The position numbers were made by a program, and so were the translations under genes. DNA of 36,214 nucleotides from IMG/VR virus record IMGVR_UViG_3300046822_000108, positions 1 through 36,214 of that record; one strand, written 5' to 3'. The notes beneath the pieces were generated by a model, which saw nothing but the letters and a program-made list of their open reading frames with translations, was not told the DNA's origin and searched no databases. Within the stretch, counting starts at the first letter, position 1; the number at the start of each line of letters is the position of its first letter. This document shows, one piece after another, positions 31,512 through 36,214 of this stretch. This stretch comes from a virus.

Positions 31512-32175
31512 TGCTCCCGCTGGCTTGATGGGTGCGAAGGTTGCGTTTCAGGTGGCTGGCCAACGTGTGTTCCCACTTGGCGTGGGTTCGGTGGTCATCA
31601 GGTGATGCGAGCCAGAACGATCGAAATTCCAGAAACAAGTCCTGGTCGAAGTCTTGGCCAGCGATACCGAGCTGCATCAGCACGGCGGGAAAGGTCTTTG
31701 CGCCTGGCTCCCAGTTCGGGGTCATGGCGAATTTTGAACGTGAGCCGAAATCGTCCTCACGCGGAATAGGTGGTGGTATCTGTTCTGTATCTGTTCTGTT
31801 CTGTTCTGGGGCGTTACTGGAACGTTTCATGTCCGTTTCACGCTGTTCGGCCTCTAAACGCTTCTTGTCGCGATGCGCTCTAACCCTTGCTGTGCTTGAG
31901 TCGGAGACGTATTGGCGCTTACTCCAGTTGCAGAGCGTCCAGTCATCGTTGATGAAGCTTTTGCGCATGAACAGCGCTTTGGTTTCAGCTAGATCGGCCT
32001 CTGAAACACGTAGTGCGAAAGCAATGGATGTTTCGCGTTCCGTTACATGAAACGTTTCAATCCCGTTACTGCATTCAAGGCAGAAGAGCATCACCAGACG
32101 GCGCTGCATCGCTTCGCTGAGCATCTGCACCTTGGGGTCGGTGGCGAACTCGCCATACATCCGGAACCAATCCAC
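31333..32175 (-). CDS. Replication initiator/organiser (O-like) with C-terminal DnaT-type domain
   Basis: GTG at 32175 with GAGGAGG 7 nt upstream. N-terminus DWFRMYGEFATDPKVQMLSE resembles a replisome organiser. C-terminus FAMTPNWEPG...FLEFRSFWLA...WEHTLASHLKRN resembles a DnaT DNA-binding domain. The 3' 179 nt overlap the P-like gene. Confidence 0.65.
   Translation of the reverse strand: MDWFRMYGEFATDPKVQMLSEAMQRRLVMLFCLECSNGIETFHVTERETSIAFALRVSEADLAETKALFMRKSFINDDWTLCNWSKRQYVSDSSTARVRAHRDKKRLEAEQRETDMKRSSNAPEQNRTDTEQIPPPIPREDDFGSRSKFAMTPNWEPGAKTFPAVLMQLGIAGQDFDQDLFLEFRSFWLASPDDHRTHAKWEHTLASHLKRNLRTHQASGSNDRGHDRSGSAQAETQNSASQGRRSSRQGARSVVDQARERLDARQAARQAAGETVVQDD
31777..31808. repeat. Tandem 11-bp direct repeats inside the O-like gene (candidate ori iterons)
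   Basis: tatctgttctg occurs twice, followed by ttctgttctg. The repeats lie in the inter-domain linker of the O-like gene, next to a lower-GC stretch. Confidence 0.4.
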
Positions 32176-32177
32176 GG

Positions 32178-32486
32178 TCAGTCCTCCTCGAGCTGGTCGA
32201 CATGCTGCACGTGTTCCATCCAGCGTTTGGCCTGGTGGAAGATCGCTTCGATGTCGCGCTGGTTGAAGCACCGCATCTCGCCCGGGACGATCTTGAGGTC
32301 AAGCACCGCCAGGATCTGGGCGAACTGCTCGAACTTCTCTGGCTTCATCCGGCTGATCGTCGCCTCATCGCAACCGACTGCAAGCGCGACCGGAGCATTG
32401 CCGATCGACGCAAGCTTCTGCATGAGCACCGCGTAGTTCTTGCGGGCCCTTACGGTCTGCTCTTGGCTTAATGGGGACGTGGGCAT
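32178..32486 (-). CDS. cII: Lambda CII-like transcriptional activator
   Basis: LMQKLASIGNAPVALAVGCDEATISRMKPEKFEQFAQILAVLDL parallels lambda CII LLNKIAMLGTEKTAEAVGVDKSQISRWK...KFSMLLAVLE. Located immediately after cro. Confidence 0.7.
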   Translation of the reverse strand: MPTSPLSQEQTVRARKNYAVLMQKLASIGNAPVALAVGCDEATISRMKPEKFEQFAQILAVLDLKIVPGEMRCFNQRDIEAIFHQAKRWMEHVQHVDQLEED

Positions 32487-32488
32487 GG

Positions 32489-32728
32489 TCAGGCCGCCTC
32501 AGTGGAGTCGCCGACAAAGCGCTCCGGGTAGAGGATGTGAATCTCGGTGATCTCACCGTCAAACACGCGGCTCAAGCTCTCAGCCAGAGAGACCGAGGCG
32601 CGCTGAGTGCCCCGCTCCACCCGGGAAAGGTTTCCGGTGTCGACCGGATCGCCGAGCTTGGCCAGACGGGCGGATACCTCTGCCAGCGTCCACTTTCGAG
32701 CGGTACGAACACGTTTTAGGGGGGTCAT
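32489..32728 (-). CDS. cro: Cro-like HTH repressor
   Basis: 79 aa from the ATG at 32728, divergent from cI. Its HTH WTLAEVSARLAKLGDPVDTGNLSRVERGTQRAS shares DTGNLSR.ERG.Q.AS with CI. Confidence 0.75.
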   Translation of the reverse strand: MTPLKRVRTARKWTLAEVSARLAKLGDPVDTGNLSRVERGTQRASVSLAESLSRVFDGEITEIHILYPERFVGDSTEAA

Positions 32729-32743
32729 GGTGATAGACCTTGG

Positions 32744-32811
32744 GATGGATGACACGCAGATTCTGCGCAGTGCGCAGATTGAATGCAACATAAATCTGCG
32801 TGGTGCGCTTT
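32744..32811. promoter_or_regulatory. Right operator region (OR) between cro and cI
   Basis: Perfect 17-bp palindrome TCTGCGCAGTGCGCAGA at 32762-32778. Extra half-sites are CGCAGA at 32755-32760 and TCTGCG at 32795-32800. Confidence 0.6.
32760..32788 (-). promoter_or_regulatory. Candidate PR promoter for cro
   Basis: Minus strand reads TTGCAT (32788-32783), 17-nt spacer, CAGAAT (32765-32760). The 17-bp operator fills the spacer. Confidence 0.45.
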
Positions 32812-32841
32812 GCGCGCAACGCAGCAAGGACCGAAAATTCA

Positions 32842-33528
32842 ATGATGGACATCGGTGAAAAAATTAGAGAAGCGCGTAAGGCCAAAGGCCTCACGCTAGA
32901 GGCGCTTGCCAACCAGGTCGATACGGATACTGGCAATTTGTCACGCCTTGAGCGCGGCAAGCAGGGGGCGAGTCAGGATCTACTTAAGCGTATATTGGGT
33001 GTGCTTGATATGCAGGTCACCCACGTTATCCCGCAAACCTACTACAACACCCTGGATGTCGATAATGTGACGTTTCAAGATATTGAAACGAATAGTGCTC
33101 GCACGGCTCCGCACAGTTTATTTCCGCCTAGAAAATACCCCGTTGTTTCGTGGTACGAAGCAGAGCAATGGGCGCTAGATAGGGACTCATTTTTCGTTGA
33201 GGAAGGATGCGAAGAGCATTCCAGCGGTGTGGATCCAGTTCAGGACGCCTTCTGGCTCAAGGTAGCTGGTGACGCAATGGCATCTACCGGCAACCCATCA
33301 TTTCCGGAAGGGTGTCTTATTCTGGTAGAGCCCAGATCGCAATTAATAAGCGGAAAATACTACGCGTTCTCGATCAACAGATCAGGCGACTACACGTTTA
33401 AGCAATATATTGAGGACGCAGGGCACAAATATTTGCGTCCGCTTAATAATAATTACAGAACTATCGAACTGAAAGACGAACACTTTTTGATTGGACGAAT
33501 AATAGACGTAAAAATGACTGGCCCATGA
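32842..33528 (+). CDS. cI: Lambda CI-like repressor (XRE HTH plus S24/LexA-like C-terminal domain lacking the catalytic Ser)
   Basis: 228 aa. The C-terminal domain is collinear with lambda CI (AFWLKVAGDAMASTGNPSFPEGCLILVEP...DYTFKQYIED...LRPLNNNY). GDAM replaces GNSM, and YEAEQW replaces VQAGMF. Confidence 0.85.
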   Translation: MMDIGEKIREARKAKGLTLEALANQVDTDTGNLSRLERGKQGASQDLLKRILGVLDMQVTHVIPQTYYNTLDVDNVTFQDIETNSARTAPHSLFPPRKYPVVSWYEAEQWALDRDSFFVEEGCEEHSSGVDPVQDAFWLKVAGDAMASTGNPSFPEGCLILVEPRSQLISGKYYAFSINRSGDYTFKQYIEDAGHKYLRPLNNNYRTIELKDEHFLIGRIIDVKMTGP

Positions 33529-33538
33529 GGGATCAACG

Positions 33539-33865
33539 ATGAGTCATCAGGGAATTGTGACGATAATATGTTTTGTCGCATTGGGGGCCCTTCTCTCCTT
33601 TGCACAAACCGCCAAGCATGGCTCCGTAGGGCCAGTTTCATTCATCATCAGCCTACTCGCCGTACCAGCAGGGGTAGCGATTCTTTGGAAGCTGTCGACG
33701 CTTTTTGGATGGTGGACGATCCTGATTTTTGTCCTCATGTCCCTAGTGATCGGCGTCCTCAACTATAGATTCCGTGCAAAATTCGGCACTAGCGCGCTTT
33801 TCTCCCTCCAGCCCGTACTTGGATCTGTCTACGTTATCGGTGCAACCGCGTCCTGGTTGATTTGA
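33539..33865 (+). CDS. Four-TM membrane protein co-transcribed with cI
   Basis: 108 aa, RBS GAGGG 7 nt upstream. Four hydrophobic segments. Low GC. A terminator follows. Confidence 0.65.
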   Translation: MSHQGIVTIICFVALGALLSFAQTAKHGSVGPVSFIISLLAVPAGVAILWKLSTLFGWWTILIFVLMSLVIGVLNYRFRAKFGTSALFSLQPVLGSVYVIGATASWLI

Positions 33866-33889
33866 CACCCTAGCCACCGCCTCAACACG

Positions 33890-33915
33890 AGCCCGCCATG
33901 TGCGGGCTTTTTTTT
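33890..33915 (+). terminator. Rho-independent terminator of the cI operon
   Basis: AGCCCGC-catgt-GCGGGCT followed by TTTTTTTT. Confidence 0.7.
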
Positions 33916-33940
33916 GCCCTCAATTTTACCCCGCCAAAAA

Positions 33941-34003
33941 TCTGCGCTTGACGCAGATAATTTTCTGCGCATAATGCAAATCACGGTCTGCGCTACACGC
34001 AGA
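33941..34003. promoter_or_regulatory. Left operator region (OL): three 17-bp operators at 23-bp spacing
   Basis: TCTGCGcttgaCGCAGA (33941-33957), TCTGCGcataaTGCAAA (33964-33980) and TCTGCGctacaCGCAGA (33987-34003). Confidence 0.65.
33948..33975 (+). promoter_or_regulatory. Candidate PL promoter of the early-left operon
   Basis: TTGACG (33948-33953), 16-nt spacer, CATAAT (33970-33975). The -35 lies inside OL1 and the -10 inside OL2. Confidence 0.6.
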
Positions 34004-34220
34004 TTCTGAACGCCTAGTAACACGGCGAAAGCCACCGCTCTTTAAAAACCAACTGATTCACCGCTGACGGCTTGGAAAGGCTTTGACGCGCTGGGCGGGG
34101 GCGATTCCCTCACTGGCTGCGCCGTATAGACCTCGGGGCCATCGGCAAAACGGAAAGCATCACCTCTGCCCATTCCACCGAGTGGGCAGACGGATGTAAC
34201 AACCCACCGGAGGAACAGCC

Positions 34221-34349
34221 ATGAATGACTCACTCGTACAGCAACTGCTGGCCAAGGCACGCAAGAGCCTGGCTGCCGGTGACAAGACTCAAGCAATCGT
34301 GTGGCACAACCTGGCGAAACAGGCCAAGGCGTGCATGCACCGTATCTGA
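34221..34349 (+). CDS. Hypothetical small protein (42 aa), first ORF of the PL operon
   Basis: GGAGGA at 34209-34214, then ATG at 34221. Sequence MNDSLVQQLLAKARKSLAAGDKTQAIVWHNLAKQAKACMHRI. Below the ORF-track length cutoff. Confidence 0.4.
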   Translation: MNDSLVQQLLAKARKSLAAGDKTQAIVWHNLAKQAKACMHRI

Positions 34350-34376
34350 ATCAGCCACCTCGCCAGGAGGCGAACC

Positions 34377-34619
34377 ATGCTCAACCGAACAGCACGTGCT
34401 GCGTTTGACGATTATTTGATTCAGGCCGAAGCCATGCCAAGCGCTCACGAGCTGGGCTCTGAGCATGTGCTGGGGTGGGCAGCGGGCCTGGTGGCCTACG
34501 CCCTCTTCGCCGGCGACATCAACCACAAAGAATCGACCCTGCTGCACACACGCATTCAAGCGGTGCGCAGCCGCCGGGTCGTAATGCTTTGCCAAGAAGC
34601 CCGGAGGGCGACGGCATGA
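34377..34619 (+). CDS. Hypothetical protein (80 aa)
   Basis: AGGAGG RBS. Coupled to the next ORF by ATGA. Confidence 0.5.
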   Translation: MLNRTARAAFDDYLIQAEAMPSAHELGSEHVLGWAAGLVAYALFAGDINHKESTLLHTRIQAVRSRRVVMLCQEARRATA

Positions 34620-34813
34620 CCACATCACTGGTTAAGACGCTCATCGATGAGCAGCTCGAAGAAGTCGAGTTCGCCGGCAAGACCAAAGCAATCGCCCTGC
34701 GGCTGGCCCAGCGCCAGGGCTTCACCGGTGATCCAGCTCGCTATGGCTGGGTCGCTCCTGGTATCTGGCTGCTGCGGTACCGCCAGCCGATTCGCCCTCG
34801 GGGGAAATCATGA
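34616..34813 (+). CDS. Hypothetical protein (65 aa)
   Basis: Internal ATG at 34616 after GGAGGG. ATGA overlaps at both ends. Confidence 0.45.
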   Translation: MTTSLVKTLIDEQLEEVEFAGKTKAIALRLAQRQGFTGDPARYGWVAPGIWLLRYRQPIRPRGKS

Positions 34814-35292
34814 ATGTCGGCCTGTGCTTGTGCGGATGCGGACAAGCAACACGGATTGCACCGGTAACTGATCGCAGTAAGGGCTGGATAAAGGGGCAGC
34901 CGCTCAAATACATGATGGGCCATCGGCTAAAAGCGGGTGCCTCCATGGAGAAATCTCCACGTTGGAAAGGTGGCCGCTACCTCTCAACGCATGGGTATGT
35001 GCTGCTCAGCACTCCTGATGGCAGGCAGTACGAGCACATTCTGGTAGCAGAAAAAGCTATTGGGCGAGCGCTGCTTTACATCAGTCCAGGCCACCCCGAC
35101 AACGAGGTCGTACACCACATCAACGGCGACAAGCAGAACAACGGGCCCAACAACCTGCTGGTTTGCACTCACCGTTATCACTTAGAGCTGCATCACCGAC
35201 TGGAGGATTCGCCCGAATGGCCTGAGTTCACCAAGGTAGTGCGCAACACCAAGGAGAAAGCCCGTGAGCACTATCACAATTCGAGCCAGTAG
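34810..35292 (+). CDS. HNH endonuclease
   Basis: EVVHHINGDKQNNGPNNLLVCTHRYHLELHH is the HNH core. N-terminal Cys cluster is CLCGCG. Confidence 0.8.
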   Translation: MNVGLCLCGCGQATRIAPVTDRSKGWIKGQPLKYMMGHRLKAGASMEKSPRWKGGRYLSTHGYVLLSTPDGRQYEHILVAEKAIGRALLYISPGHPDNEVVHHINGDKQNNGPNNLLVCTHRYHLELHHRLEDSPEWPEFTKVVRNTKEKAREHYHNSSQ

Positions 35293-36067
35293 TTGGGGCT
35301 CCCTCTTCTCTTGCGCCTACCAGTGGGAATACGTGCACATCCTCGGGCACCGCTCTGCTGGCAGCCCCCGCGCCCAGCTCGGCACCGCGATTCACGCCAG
35401 CACGGCCGCCTTCGATGCTTCGCGCATCAACGGCAGCGGCCTGTCGGCCTACGACACCGCCGAGCTGCTGGTGCACACGCTGCGCAATCCGGACTACGAC
35501 GTGGACTGGCGCGGCTCCGACATCACGCTGGGCCAGGCCGAACAGGTCGGGCTGCAGCTGCACACCAAGTACTGCACCGAGATCAGCCCCCGCTATGACT
35601 ATGTGGCGATTGAGCTGACCACCAAGCCGCTGGAAATCGATTGCGGCAACGGTGTGGTGATCCGCCTGACCGGCCAGCTGGACCGGGCGCGCATATGCAA
35701 GAGCGGCGACGGCGTCGGGATTGCTGACGTGAAGACTGGCGCCGCGGCCGTTTCTGATGGGGTAGCCAAGACCAAGGGCCACGCCCCGCAGATCGGCACC
35801 TACGAAATCCTATACGAGCACACCACCGGCGAGCCCATCACCGCCGACGCCCACATCATCGGGTTGAAGACGAAGGGCAAGCCGGAAGCCGGCGTCGGGG
35901 AGATCCGCGGCGCCAAGCAAATGATGGTCGGTACCGAGGAATTTCCCGGCCTGATCCAGATCGGCGCCGAGATGCTGCGCACCGGCCTGTTCCCACCCAA
36001 CCCGCAAAGCTTCACCTGCAGCGCCCGCTATTGCCCGCGTTGGTCCACCTGCCCTTACCACGAGTAA
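35264..36067 (+). CDS. PD-(D/E)XK (Cas4/RecB-like) exonuclease with C-terminal Cys cluster
   Basis: GTG start 7 nt after AAGGAG. Nuclease motifs LTGQLDRAR...GIADVKTG and QIGTYEILY. C-terminal CSARYCPRWSTC plus an N-terminal Cys resemble the Cas4/AddB Fe-S arrangement. Confidence 0.7.
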   Translation: MSTITIRASSWGSLFSCAYQWEYVHILGHRSAGSPRAQLGTAIHASTAAFDASRINGSGLSAYDTAELLVHTLRNPDYDVDWRGSDITLGQAEQVGLQLHTKYCTEISPRYDYVAIELTTKPLEIDCGNGVVIRLTGQLDRARICKSGDGVGIADVKTGAAAVSDGVAKTKGHAPQIGTYEILYEHTTGEPITADAHIIGLKTKGKPEAGVGEIRGAKQMMVGTEEFPGLIQIGAEMLRTGLFPPNPQSFTCSARYCPRWSTCPYHE

Positions 36068-36073
36068 ACGCCC

Positions 36074-36214
36074 ATGAAAGCCCAAGACATGCATATCCGG
36101 CTGGTTGACCCGACCGGCAAGCGCGACACCGTCATCAATCACCACCGCGTGTGGGACCGCGACCGGTTCTACCAAGCGCAGGTGAAGCTGCACGAAAACC
36201 CAAATAAGGAGATC
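36074..36214 (+). CDS. Hypothetical protein, 5' part of the junction-spanning ORF (continues at 128..196 in circular coordinates)
   Basis: ATG at 36074; reads MKAQDMHIRLVDPTGKRD... into the terminal repeat. Confidence 0.5.
   Translation, partial: MKAQDMHIRLVDPTGKRDTVINHHRVWDRDRFYQAQVKLHENPNKEI
36088..36214. repeat. Terminal direct repeat copy 2 (identical to 1..127)
   Basis: Base-for-base identity with positions 1..127, read by eye. Confidence 0.95.

Larger units (their letters stand above)
1..36087. mobile_element. Complete, circularly closed temperate lambdoid / P22-like podophage genome
   Basis: Full gene complement is present: int/xis, cI-cro-cII, O/P-like replication, RusA, lysis cassette, TerS/TerL, P22-type portal/scaffold/coat/gp4/gp10, ejection proteins and tailspike. 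attP is intact. The window ends overlap by 127 identical nt. Confidence 0.9.

Noticed and set aside
31821-32059. An 11-nt inverted repeat (aacgtttcatg / catgaaacgtt) and a 10-bp palindrome (gaaacgtttc) within the O-like gene.
   Set aside because: About one such match within a few hundred bp is expected by chance in a 36-kb genome, and the match partly derives from a self-palindrome. There is no supporting context.
32176-32271. An upstream extension of the O-like ORF into the cII gene.
   Set aside because: It overlaps the cII 3' end. A GTG with a strong GAGGAGG RBS at 32175 starts exactly at the conserved DWFRMYGEF N-terminus.
1-36214. A search for CRISPR arrays, rRNA genes, reverse transcriptase/DGR or retron elements, and transposase/IS elements.
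   Set aside because: I saw no regularly spaced repeat-spacer array, no rRNA-like sequence, and no RT or DDE transposase motifs in any frame. The only mobile-type genes are the integrase and the two HNH endonucleases.
36088-36214. The terminal repeat as a biological direct terminal repeat or cos-type end.
   Set aside because: The length is exactly 127 nt, a common assembler k-mer size. The repeat falls inside a coding region, and the terminase and portal are P22-like (headful type). An assembly overlap of a circular or permuted genome is the simpler explanation.

Overview
The window is one complete, circularly closed genome of a high-GC temperate lambdoid podophage with a P22-like morphogenesis module. 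The first 127 nt are identical to the last 127 nt, so the unique length is 36,087 bp. GC content and codon usage suggest a Pseudomonas-like host, but that is inference only.

Plus-strand early-left operon. It starts at an operator-controlled sigma70 promoter near 33.95 kb and runs across the contig junction. In order it encodes small ORFs, an HNH endonuclease, a Cas4/RecB-like PD-(D/E)XK exonuclease, RecT, two unknown proteins, a Rad50/SbcC-like zinc-hook ATPase, a DnaQ-like exonuclease, several small or foreign-looking ORFs and an AlpA-type excisionase. A P4-type tyrosine integrase converges on this operon. Next to it lies an intact attP that carries the last ~23 nt of a tRNA gene flanked by TGTACTAA arm repeats. 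A small low-GC cargo (moron) region follows.

Minus-strand operon (32.7 kb down to 8.6 kb). In order it encodes:
- cro, a cII-like gene, O-like (DnaT-domain) and lambda-P-like replication genes, RusA and an AP2-HNH endonuclease;
- a repeat-rich regulatory gap, a 289-aa candidate late regulator and two tandem terminators;
- a lysis cassette (membrane proteins, SAR endolysin, Rz with embedded Rz1);
- TerS, TerL, portal, scaffold, P22-type coat, gp4-like and gp10-like proteins and a needle/fibre protein;
- an unexpected cupin hydroxylase plus GNAT acetyltransferase pair;
- three ejection proteins (one carrying an SLT domain) and a beta-helix tailspike with an S74 chaperone domain.

The immunity region holds a lambda-CI-like repressor co-transcribed with a 4-TM membrane protein.

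Most notable observations:
1. The Rad50-like hook ATPase has no Mre11 partner anywhere in the genome.
2. The hydroxylase/GNAT pair sits inside the virion operon.
3. The CI repressor has both its autocleavage serine and its Ala-Gly cleavage site mutated.
4. The cI-linked 4-TM gene is a candidate exclusion function.
5. A clear 17-bp operator family (TCTGCG-N5-CGCAGA) flanks the immunity genes.
6. Lambda-CII-type TTGC-N6-TTGC repeats are present.

No rRNA gene, complete tRNA gene or CRISPR array was seen. All functional calls come from motif recognition by eye, and no database search was run.
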